A stretch of DNA of 20,000 bases from an uncultured virus (IMG/VR IMGVR_UViG_3300037086_000332) (lineage: Duplodnaviria; Heunggongvirae; Uroviricota; Caudoviricetes), in the IMG/VR virus record IMGVR_UViG_3300037086_000332. One strand, given 5' to 3'. Under the pieces are notes generated by a model. The model was given only the letters and a program-made list of their open reading frames with translations, was not told the DNA's origin and ran no database searches. This document shows positions 7,514 to 14,254 of this stretch, one piece after another. The position numbers and the translations under genes are program-made. Every line of letters starts with the position of its first letter. The first letter of the stretch is position 1.

Positions 7514-7767
7514 AAATAGGCGATTGGGTCATAGGGGTAGACAATGAACTAGGTGTCATTTATAAGGTGTTGGGTTTTCCTCTTGTGAGAAAAGAAGAAG
7601 ATGTATTCACTATGAGATACTGCAGACTTCTTGATGGGGCCGAGGCACGCGAATCAAGGCAATACAAAGACTATTTGACTGGCAGAGAGTTTAAACCAGC
7701 AAAGGACTCCGACTTGCAAGGTTTTATCATGGACATCTTCGAAGAAAACAAAAGAATACAATCATGA
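7510..7767 (+). CDS. small paralog-family protein (85 aa)
   Basis: GTGA overlap. MKIGDWV...FKPAKDSDLQGFIMDIFE. Confidence 0.85.
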   Translation: MKIGDWVIGVDNELGVIYKVLGFPLVRKEEDVFTMRYCRLLDGAEARESRQYKDYLTGREFKPAKDSDLQGFIMDIFEENKRIQS

Positions 7768-8018
7768 CATATGATGTTGGCAACTTTTATCTTGGCACTT
7801 CTGCATCCACAGTAGGAAAACTATACCTCTGTACTGGTGGCAATTCAACTCAAGGAGAGTTTATTCGTATTGCTCCGCCTGATGGATCTCTCACCCCTTA
7901 TAAGATCCATTGGGATGAACTTGGGTAACCCGTCAACGCTCCTCAATTTATGAGAATAGCTGTTCAAGAGTTGTTTGTGTTTGGTGGTCCAGGTGGGAAC
8001 CTAGGTCGACGGTCTTAG
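7764..8018 (+). pseudogene. paralog-family member interrupted by in-frame TAA at 7926-7928
   Basis: Not in the ORF track. ATGA start, MTYDVGNFY...KLYLCTGG...IHWDELG*PVNAPQFMRIAVQELF...; the family C-terminal helix continues in frame after the stop. Confidence 0.7.
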
Positions 8019-8270
8019 AGAATTTGAATTAACCAATCTGCTATTGTCTCCAAAAACTCTCATCAATAAATTACGCATTTGAAATTCAAATAATTTATGA
8101 AGATTAGCATGTCTCATACTGTGCCAGCCATAGACATCAGAACGAGATTGTAGTTCATCAACAAAAAGACCCACGTTTGCTATCTCTTGATAGTCCATAC
8201 AAACATAAAACCTCGGATGGGCTTTTGAACTTGAAACGCTGGCATATATTCCGCCCAATTCTCTCTTCAT
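8001..8270 (-). CDS. small paralog-family protein, R-x-x-G-x-x-Y/Cys subfamily (89 aa)
   Basis: RELGGIY...FYVCMD...MRNLLMRVFGD. Confidence 0.8.
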   Translation of the reverse strand: MKRELGGIYASVSSSKAHPRFYVCMDYQEIANVGLFVDELQSRSDVYGWHSMRHANLHKLFEFQMRNLLMRVFGDNSRLVNSNSLRPST

Positions 8271-8503
8271 CTAGCATCTCCAAACACTTTTCTAAGAAGT
8301 ACTTTCATAGTTCCTTTATCTATGTTGTCAATGTCTCCTTCTTGCATTTTGTACCAACTCTTCTCGTAAGCATCAGCATAATACTCATCTATAAAGAAAG
8401 CATGTCGATCATCTCCAAGATCCATACATATGTACCACGTGGCCTCACTTCTGTTGGATTCTTCATCAGTTATTTTATAAATGTGACCCACTTGTCTTAC
8501 CAT
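8267..8503 (-). CDS. small paralog-family protein, R-x-x-G-x-x-Y/Cys subfamily (78 aa)
   Basis: RQVGHIY...WYICMD...MKVLLRKVFGD. Confidence 0.85.
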   Translation of the reverse strand: MVRQVGHIYKITDEESNRSEATWYICMDLGDDRHAFFIDEYYADAYEKSWYKMQEGDIDNIDKGTMKVLLRKVFGDAR

Positions 8504-8739
8504 TTCTCAAACAACCTTATCAGAATGAGTTTTCTCTGTCGTACATCAATTATTTTTAATGGAATTCGTTTTACATCATCCCAATACAATTCTATTGGTT
8601 GTTCCGTGATAATGGCAATAAATTTTGCCTTGAAATGACTGGGTGATTCAACGCAGAGCAGAAAAAATTCGGGTCTCTCTGGTCGGACATAAAAATACCC
8701 TACCTCTCTGACCAGTGGAACAATGTTTTTCCGTCTCAT
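8497..8739 (-). CDS. small paralog-family protein, R-x-x-G-x-x-Y/Cys subfamily (80 aa)
   Basis: REVGYFY...FLLCVE...YWDDV...LILIRLFE. Confidence 0.8.
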   Translation of the reverse strand: MRRKNIVPLVREVGYFYVRPERPEFFLLCVESPSHFKAKFIAIITEQPIELYWDDVKRIPLKIIDVRQRKLILIRLFEKW

Positions 8740-8743
8740 ACAG

Positions 8744-8768
8744 TTATCTTACCATGCGCGAAAGATAA
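8744..8768. promoter_or_regulatory. back-to-back AAGATAA motifs (divergent promoter pair)
   Basis: TTATCTT (8744-8750), 11-bp spacer, AAGATAA (8762-8768), between divergent ORFs starting at 8739(-) and 8788(+). Confidence 0.65.
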
Positions 8769-8787
8769 ACACAAATAAGGAGATCTC

Positions 8788-9123
8788 ATGAACAAAGAAG
8801 GTGATTGGATTGGAATGAATGCTGGGACTCAAGGTGCAACTAATATAAGAATGGCTAAGATTCTTAGAAACTATTATGAGTGGAGAGGACACACATATCA
8901 AGATTTATTGTGGGTTGTCGCAGATAATTCTCCGCATATTAAGCCTGGAGTTTCTATTGAACGAAAGCGAGTAAAGACTAATCCAAAGTTTGAATCGGAT
9001 ATTATTAACCCACCGACTGAAGAATGGATGTTCAGGGCAGTAATGAAAATATTGTTTGATGTGCCATCAAACAATGTTGAATGGAACGACACTCTTTCAA
9101 CCTACCACCACACAACGTTTTAG
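8788..9123 (+). CDS. small paralog-family protein (111 aa)
   Basis: SD AAGGAG. KEGDWI...PPTEEWMFRAVMKILFD. Confidence 0.8.
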   Translation: MNKEGDWIGMNAGTQGATNIRMAKILRNYYEWRGHTYQDLLWVVADNSPHIKPGVSIERKRVKTNPKFESDIINPPTEEWMFRAVMKILFDVPSNNVEWNDTLSTYHHTTF

Positions 9124-9245
9124 CTCTTCTTTTTGTCTGTTTTTTTACTTGCTACTTTCTTTTGACTTGCTGAAAGGTCGGCTTCCTTAAAGAGATTCTT
9201 AATTGATCTAAAGAATGCAAGAATGGACGCTATGATCTTTATCAT
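9120..9245 (-). CDS. 41-aa basic peptide with hydrophobic/amphipathic N-terminus
   Basis: Below the ORF-track cutoff. SD GGAG 6 nt before ATG. MIKIIASILAFFRSIKNLFKEADLSASQKKVASKKTDKKKS. Confidence 0.55.
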   Translation of the reverse strand: MIKIIASILAFFRSIKNLFKEADLSASQKKVASKKTDKKKS

Positions 9246-9257
9246 GATTTTCTCCAA

Positions 9258-9536
9258 TTACCAATATTTCGTTTCATTCTGTTTTCCAAACAAAGCTTTG
9301 AACCACTGCTGCCTCTCCCACTCATTGATCTCTGCTATATTAAATTGATACATTTCGTCCCAGTAGCCCAAATGGCCCCATGGCGCAAACAATGAGAAGA
9401 AACGGCCCTCACTCTTATCACCTACGGTCAAACAGAGATGAACTCTGCCCTTGGTGTCACCTATCATCCCTCTCTGGTAGAACTTACCTACCTTGCGCCT
9501 AACTGGAGTTGATCGAAGCTTACGTTTTCTTCTCAT
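9258..9536 (-). CDS. small paralog-family protein, R-x-x-G-x-x-Y/Cys subfamily (92 aa)
   Basis: RKVGKFY...VHLCLT...YWDEM...QQWFKALFG. SD GAGG. Confidence 0.8.
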   Translation of the reverse strand: MRRKRKLRSTPVRRKVGKFYQRGMIGDTKGRVHLCLTVGDKSEGRFFSLFAPWGHLGYWDEMYQFNIAEINEWERQQWFKALFGKQNETKYW

Positions 9537-9624
9537 GGTGCCTCTTCAAAAACAAATGTGTGGTGATGTCCTTTTTGCTCACCAGGAGATCTCCCGCAGG
9601 AGACCCCGGATTGCTATTGTTTAT

Positions 9625-9631
9625 TTATCTT
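9625..9631 (-). promoter_or_regulatory. AAGATAA putative phage promoter motif
   Basis: Just downstream of the 9667-9706 terminator and 88 nt upstream of ATG 9536. Context cgcgAAGATAAataaacaat resembles the 8762 copy. Confidence 0.5.
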
Positions 9632-9666
9632 CGCGTTGCTGATTGATAGAGCAGCCATTTATCCAT

Positions 9667-9706
9667 AAAAAACCATCCTTTCAGCTGTTCTGCTTAAGGG
9701 ATGGTT
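9667..9706 (-). terminator. Rho-independent terminator
   Basis: Minus strand AACCATCCCTTAAGC-agaaca-GCTGAAAGGATGGTT imperfect stem followed by a T-run, 35 nt after the HNH stop. Confidence 0.75.
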
Positions 9707-9740
9707 CCTCAAAAGATGCAAACATTAGCACTATTATAAA

Positions 9741-10154
9741 CTATTTGCCTCTCTTGTTGGGCTCGTAGAAGAAATATAATCGAACGGATGCTTTGAGCTG
9801 TCTGACCATGTCACAATCTTCCTTCATTTGCATGATTTTGTGGCACATATTGTGGCATCTCTTACAAAGTCTTTGAAGATCCTCTCTGCTCTCTGCTCCA
9901 AGAGAGTGGTAATGACGATGATGCCAAGAAAACGCTCTAACCATCTTCTTCTCTCCAGTCTTAGTCCTGCGCCAATGTGGAGTATTACATATTTCGCACC
10001 GTTCATCCTCTCGAGCCAGTGTAAAGATTAATGTTTTCCAATGTTCTGAGAGAAGATAGGCCTTCCCTTGTCCACCATAGGATGGACTGCGAGACCTTCT
10101 GGATCTCGTCTTTTTGAAGCTCTTTGGCTTCTTTTCTGTTTTTCGTTTTCTCAT
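9741..10154 (-). CDS. HNH endonuclease (zinc-binding)
   Basis: YLLSEHWK...RCEIC...WHHRHYHSLGAESREDLQRLCKRCHNMCH with a basic N-terminus. Start at the ATGA-overlap ATG 10154. Confidence 0.85.
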   Translation of the reverse strand: MRKRKTEKKPKSFKKTRSRRSRSPSYGGQGKAYLLSEHWKTLIFTLAREDERCEICNTPHWRRTKTGEKKMVRAFSWHHRHYHSLGAESREDLQRLCKRCHNMCHKIMQMKEDCDMVRQLKASVRLYFFYEPNKRGK

Positions 10155-10393
10155 ATTCCTTCTTTCTTTAACCATTCTTCATCCTCAAATAAAATCATTA
10201 GCGCATTATGATACTCGTAGAGAGCAGGGGTGTACCTAAAAAACTCTTCTTCTGGTGAAAATGACCAATTTTTTATACCACCATCTCTGAGAGAGATTAC
10301 TGTCAATGTGGAGTTGTCTCTCGACAACACCCAACAAACTTTTCCTATTTCTAATTGTACCCAAGTATACGGTTTTACATCATGTACAAACAT
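10151..10393 (-). CDS. small paralog-family protein (80 aa)
   Basis: VKPYTWV...RYTPALYEYHNALMILFED. Confidence 0.8.
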   Translation of the reverse strand: MFVHDVKPYTWVQLEIGKVCWVLSRDNSTLTVISLRDGGIKNWSFSPEEEFFRYTPALYEYHNALMILFEDEEWLKKEGI

Positions 10394-10806
10394 TATTCAT
10401 TCCAATCAAACTTTTCTACACCATATGCTAACATTAATCTGAACACTAGTCTGAAATCTTCGTTAGTAGCCAGTCTCATTTCCGAGGCGCTACCAATCAT
10501 AGTTTTCTTTATTCTTCTTTCAAACTGAATTGAACACGAACCAAATTTGTTGGGTCCTTCTCTGAACCTACCAACCACTAGATCAGACACATAAAAGCTG
10601 GTAGGATTTCCATGCTGTTCGAGAGGCAGAAACAATTGAATATATCTATGATCAGCTTGAATGGTCACCCAAGATTTTGTTTTTAAGGCCTGTGACAGGA
10701 TTGCATTTTCTCTGTCCAGTTCTGAACCATGGCCTTGAGTTCTCATGTGAGCTACCATATCAGCGTCTGAGGGACTGATTATTGATTTGATAATTGGTGG
10801 TTTCAA
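10393..10806 (-). CDS. hypothetical protein, probable extended family member (137 aa)
   Basis: TTGA overlap start. C-terminus ATNEDFRLVFRLML. Confidence 0.7.
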   Translation of the reverse strand: MKPPIIKSIISPSDADMVAHMRTQGHGSELDRENAILSQALKTKSWVTIQADHRYIQLFLPLEQHGNPTSFYVSDLVVGRFREGPNKFGSCSIQFERRIKKTMIGSASEMRLATNEDFRLVFRLMLAYGVEKFDWNE

Positions 10807-11072
10807 TCATCCCTCCATTCAAACTTTTTGCAGTCAAAGAGCAACTTTATTGCCTTTTGTGCTGCTGCTGGATGGATCACATCGTATTCCTCTTCAAGTT
10901 TTTTCATTGAAATGTTTTTATGTAATTCAGAACCAAACCAAAATTGTTTGTCGTAAATAGTTAGCGCCCTCAGATCAGCAGTCTTGTCAGCTATTCGAGT
11001 GATTTGGAACAATCCAATTCGACCCATTATCATTGTTGCTACTGGATCTGTTAACCAATCACCCACTTTCAT
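10803..11072 (-). CDS. small paralog-family protein (89 aa)
   Basis: MKVGDWL...LFQITRI...AQKAIKLLFD. Confidence 0.85.
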   Translation of the reverse strand: MKVGDWLTDPVATMIMGRIGLFQITRIADKTADLRALTIYDKQFWFGSELHKNISMKKLEEEYDVIHPAAAQKAIKLLFDCKKFEWRDD

Positions 11073-11356
11073 AGATCTATGTCCTGTTCAAAGATTCCCA
11101 TTATCACTCCACCCATGTCCTGAACTGTTGGTTTATAATCCGCTCCCATAGTTTGAATCCAAAGAAAATCTCCTCTCTCTAGAGGAGGACGTTTGATATG
11201 AGCGAAGCGAACTGAGTGGTCTGAAAAAACATTAGCAATCCACATCCATTCACCGGGTCTTAATTGCCCATCAATAACATTGGAATCATCCATAATATAA
11301 TAAGCTTCTTTAATTTTTTTGAACCATTGACCTTTAAGTGGTGGATATTTTGTCAT
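11069..11356 (-). CDS. small paralog-family protein (95 aa)
   Basis: LKGQWF...AYYIM...DYKPTVQDMGGVIMGIFE. Confidence 0.85.
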   Translation of the reverse strand: MTKYPPLKGQWFKKIKEAYYIMDDSNVIDGQLRPGEWMWIANVFSDHSVRFAHIKRPPLERGDFLWIQTMGADYKPTVQDMGGVIMGIFEQDIDL

Positions 11357-11850
11357 TTATCTTTCTCGATCGCAACGTAGACCGACTGTCGATAACCATT
11401 GGGCCACATCTGTAATGATTGCATGGTTCGATGCCAACCTTCAACCAATTCATACTTTCCATCAGTTCGAAGTGTCATAATAATCGGCTCCTTGCTCACA
11501 CCAGATTTTATTAATCTCCGTGTTGCTCCAGCCTGACGTTCTGGATCGTGATAAACTCCCATTGGATTCTCGGTCCCAAATTTTCTCTTTTTCATCCACC
11601 CAATTGTATCTGAACCAAAAGAATCCAAAGTGAGAGACACTGTTTCAAACTTCCAGACAACATCTTTGGCACTCTTATATCCGATACCTCTAGCCCAATC
11701 ACCAACAAAGAGACCAAACTTGTTTGGTTCATCTTTGAGGTTACTGTAGACAAAATCTTTTACGACATATGCTGGCCACGTCGGTAAAGATTGCTGGAAA
11801 AACTCTAGGGTTTTTTTTCTAGTTTCTAGTAAAATAGGTTCTAGTTTCAT
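11353..11850 (-). CDS. ParB/sulfiredoxin N-terminal-like domain protein
   Basis: IKSGVSKEPIIMTLRTDGKYELVEGWHR matches the ParBc PI-x-V...Y-x-x-x-(D/E)G-x-HR core. No HTH is seen. Confidence 0.7.
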   Translation of the reverse strand: MKLEPILLETRKKTLEFFQQSLPTWPAYVVKDFVYSNLKDEPNKFGLFVGDWARGIGYKSAKDVVWKFETVSLTLDSFGSDTIGWMKKRKFGTENPMGVYHDPERQAGATRRLIKSGVSKEPIIMTLRTDGKYELVEGWHRTMQSLQMWPNGYRQSVYVAIEKDK

Positions 11851-12104
11851 TTTGCTGTCCCAAAAATATGTCGAATAACTCCAGGTATACCATCTGGCCA
11901 GGGATGTACATATTCTTTTCCAAAAGTTCGAAGATCTCTGGTTCGTGGAAATCCAGGAGTTTTGTCGCTGTAAAACACTTTAGTAACAGTGACTTCAACA
12001 CTATCCTCTGCATGAGTTGTTTTCTTGTAAATTAAACCTCTGACCAAGAGTCTGAGAGCGCCATTTTCTGAAACGGCTACATAGACTCTATCTCCCTTTT
12101 TCAT
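11847..12104 (-). CDS. small paralog-family protein, MKxGDxV subfamily (85 aa)
   Basis: MKKGDRVYV...LLVRGLI...PGVIRHIFG. Confidence 0.85.
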   Translation of the reverse strand: MKKGDRVYVAVSENGALRLLVRGLIYKKTTHAEDSVEVTVTKVFYSDKTPGFPRTRDLRTFGKEYVHPWPDGIPGVIRHIFGTAK

Positions 12105-12364
12105 TTACTTAACCCCCATCCAATCCATCCAAAAATTCTTCTCACAAAAGCATGATAAGTTTCTTCTGTATATATACAGTAAAGAGGAACCTTGAAATGA
12201 GAATGTGGACGAGCGTGCTCATGTTCCTTAAGATGAAATGTAGTTATTGGCCTGACTACCACATCAGTGGTATATTCTGAGCGAGTGTCATCTATCTCAG
12301 CCCTACAAACCAATTCAACATATGGCTCATTTTCAAAAACCCACACAATATCTCCTCTTTTCAT
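12101..12364 (-). CDS. small paralog-family protein, MKxGDxV subfamily (87 aa)
   Basis: MKRGDIVWV...LVCRAEI...HAFVRRIFG. Confidence 0.85.
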   Translation of the reverse strand: MKRGDIVWVFENEPYVELVCRAEIDDTRSEYTTDVVVRPITTFHLKEHEHARPHSHFKVPLYCIYTEETYHAFVRRIFGWIGWGLSK

Positions 12365-12609
12365 ATTACATCCTCGTCTCCAAATAAAATTCGTATAGCT
12401 TTCTGAATATTGGACTCAACGATTCGATAACCTCTATATGTAAGAAGGGGCCAATTGTCCTCCTCGTAATCTATTCTTTCTTCCCTAACAATCATCGTAG
12501 TATAGAAAACAAGCGCATTGCCTTGGCCATCTGTATCGAGTTTTGTGATCTTATGAAAAGCAATGTAGGCATTTGTTTCACCGCCATAAAACCAATCTCC
12601 CACTTTCAT
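12361..12609 (-). CDS. small paralog-family protein (82 aa)
   Basis: MKVGDWFY...FHKITKL...IQKAIRILFGD. Confidence 0.85.
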   Translation of the reverse strand: MKVGDWFYGGETNAYIAFHKITKLDTDGQGNALVFYTTMIVREERIDYEEDNWPLLTYRGYRIVESNIQKAIRILFGDEDVI

Positions 12610-12884
12610 TTCTCATATCCTTTTTCAAATAGTGCAATAACAACACTATGTAGAGCATCATAAGGAAATATGAAATCAATAGCAATATACTGTGTCTGAA
12701 GAGCAACCTTTGGATCCTTTGAATATAAAACCTCGAATGGATGAACCTCCGCGGTGGTGGCCGTACGACGAGCTCTTTCTTCACGAGCCTTGCCAACATA
12801 GCGTAATTCTCTGTTGAAGAAATACACTATCCAAACAATGTTTTTGAATTTGATCCAAACGGATCCTGATGATTCCATATTCAT
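12606..12884 (-). CDS. small paralog-family protein (92 aa)
   Basis: Start moved to ATG 12884 (TAG-A-ATG). NIVWIV...LHSVVIALFE. Confidence 0.75.
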   Translation of the reverse strand: MNMESSGSVWIKFKNIVWIVYFFNRELRYVGKAREERARRTATTAEVHPFEVLYSKDPKVALQTQYIAIDFIFPYDALHSVVIALFEKGYEK

Positions 12885-12885
12885 T

Positions 12886-13155
12886 CTAATCCCTAGCAAA
12901 TATGGCTTCAACAACAGCATGCGTGGCGTTCAAAGCGTGTACGAATGGCTGCCATATGCGGTGTGGGTCTGTAGCTTTTTTAGGCTCTGAGCTCACAAAG
13001 CTATAGATCTCTATGGGTTTGACAATAATGTAACCTGGCTCTATTATATCAGCAGATCTTGGCACTGGATCAGCATTAATCACTTCGCCCTTAAAGACCA
13101 AGTCGTAGGTTTTTTCTGGACAATAAACTACATATACAATATCACCAATTTTCAT
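12886..13155 (-). CDS. small paralog-family protein, MKxGDxV subfamily (89 aa)
   Basis: MKIGDIVYVV...LVFKGEV...HAVVEAIFA. Confidence 0.85.
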   Translation of the reverse strand: MKIGDIVYVVYCPEKTYDLVFKGEVINADPVPRSADIIEPGYIIVKPIEIYSFVSSEPKKATDPHRIWQPFVHALNATHAVVEAIFARD

Positions 13156-13451
13156 CTTACATTTGACCTCGCTCTTTCAAAAATTGATGTGACTACATTA
13201 TGAAAATCGGCCTCAGTCGGAACATAAGACTCCATCTCACCTGATACAGAAAACTTACGCAAGAATTGACCATCGTGTCCCTCTGGAATAACGACATACT
13301 CAAAATAGGGATATGTATTGGGGTGACTATCAATAGTATCAAGAAACCTAATGAGATAGAGAATTGCATTCTTGTTTCCATTCCCTTCAAAGGGTGGCAA
13401 ATTAAGAAGCCAGGTTCCTTCATATTTTTTGTATGGTTTTCTAAGTTCCAT
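13152..13451 (-). CDS. small paralog-family protein (99 aa)
   Basis: YEGTWL...LYLIRFL...SYVPTEADFHNVVTSIFE, closest to the 4509 and 5564 members. Confidence 0.85.
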   Translation of the reverse strand: MELRKPYKKYEGTWLLNLPPFEGNGNKNAILYLIRFLDTIDSHPNTYPYFEYVVIPEGHDGQFLRKFSVSGEMESYVPTEADFHNVVTSIFERARSNVR

Positions 13452-13459
13452 TATTTTTC

Positions 13460-13699
13460 CTATCCAACTTCATTCTTTGCCTCTCTGACCTCTGCTGCAC
13501 CAAAGATAGCCTTCACGAGACCTTTCAAATCTTGCAAATCCGCTACACGAAATTCAGTCAAACTCTCACTATGAATAGAGTTGATGTGGAGAATATCACC
13601 ATTGTATCTCCAATGTCTAGCTCTCTTTCCGAGCGACTTAAATTTCCAATGATGGGCAAATGGAGCCCAGTCGGCATTGTTTTGTGCATAATAAATCAT
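13460..13699 (-). CDS. small paralog-family protein, divergent (79 aa)
   Basis: C-terminus DLKGLVKAIFG. Shares W-x-F...Y(N/D)G...HSES with the neighbouring 13696 ORF. Confidence 0.75.
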   Translation of the reverse strand: MIYYAQNNADWAPFAHHWKFKSLGKRARHWRYNGDILHINSIHSESLTEFRVADLQDLKGLVKAIFGAAEVREAKNEVG

Positions 13700-13935
13700 T
13701 GATTGAATCCTGTCCGATCCTCTATCTCATTGGCTTCAAAAACAAATCGAACCAATCTTCGTACGAACTCCATGTCCTCAATGTCTTGCCAATTGGTTAT
13801 AGCCAATCCACTTTCAGAATGGTAAATCAATTTGTTACCATCATAATGTACAAAATAAGTGCCATGCGATCTTTGAAACTGCCAACTTTGCCAAATCTTG
13901 ATGTTTGAGGCGCTGGTGCCATAGAGCAATCTCAT
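13696..13935 (-). CDS. small paralog-family protein, divergent (79 aa)
   Basis: ATGA-overlap start MRLLY. C-terminus FVRRLVRFVFE. Confidence 0.75.
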   Translation of the reverse strand: MRLLYGTSASNIKIWQSWQFQRSHGTYFVHYDGNKLIYHSESGLAITNWQDIEDMEFVRRLVRFVFEANEIEDRTGFNQ

Positions 13936-14231
13936 TTCCATCCTTCTCCAAAAATAGTCTCAATAGCCATACGAATAAGGGTGTCATATCCAGTCACTTT
14001 AGATTCCAAATCATTTTCTTCAGTTCCAAGATAGTGTGAAAGTCGTTCTTGTTCAATGATCGTAATCTCTTCCATATCACTAAACCATCTGCCCTGTTCT
14101 TCTATAAAACCAACACTATCGGCAAACAGTATTTCATTAGGCCCTTTTCTTACATTGTATACATAAATTAGTCTACGGGGTACGCCTTTGTGTGAGTACC
14201 ACTTGCCGACGAGATTTGTTGAGGATTTCAT
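13932..14231 (-). CDS. small paralog-family protein (99 aa)
   Basis: LVGKWY...LIYVY...LIRMAIETIFGE. Confidence 0.85.
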   Translation of the reverse strand: MKSSTNLVGKWYSHKGVPRRLIYVYNVRKGPNEILFADSVGFIEEQGRWFSDMEEITIIEQERLSHYLGTEENDLESKVTGYDTLIRMAIETIFGEGWK

Positions 14232-14238
14232 TCTAGGA

Positions 14239-14245
14239 TTATCTT
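14239..14245 (-). promoter_or_regulatory. AAGATAA putative phage promoter motif
   Basis: TAAGATAA-tcctaga-ATG 14231 within a 23-bp intergenic gap. Confidence 0.6.
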
Positions 14246-14254
14246 ACGAGAGGG

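Noticed and set aside
7926..7928. Genome-wide stop-codon reassignment explaining the many short ORFs
   Set aside because: TAA, TAG and TGA all end genes at motif-defined termini, successive ORFs change frame with their own starts, and the 1587-aa ORF reads cleanly in the standard code. Only one internal TAA was found.
9562..9609. tRNA or known riboswitch in the GC-rich leader
   Set aside because: Only two short stems, no T-loop or D-loop consensus and no recognisable riboswitch core. Kept as an unassigned structured leader.
890..14231. Integron-like gene cassette array
   Set aside because: Genes overlap or abut, leaving no room for attC sites. No recurrent GTTRRRY-bounded palindromes or integrase were seen.
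890..14231. Diversity-generating retroelement targets
   Set aside because: No reverse transcriptase in the window and no near-identical TR/VR pair differing at adenines. Divergence is spread throughout the genes.
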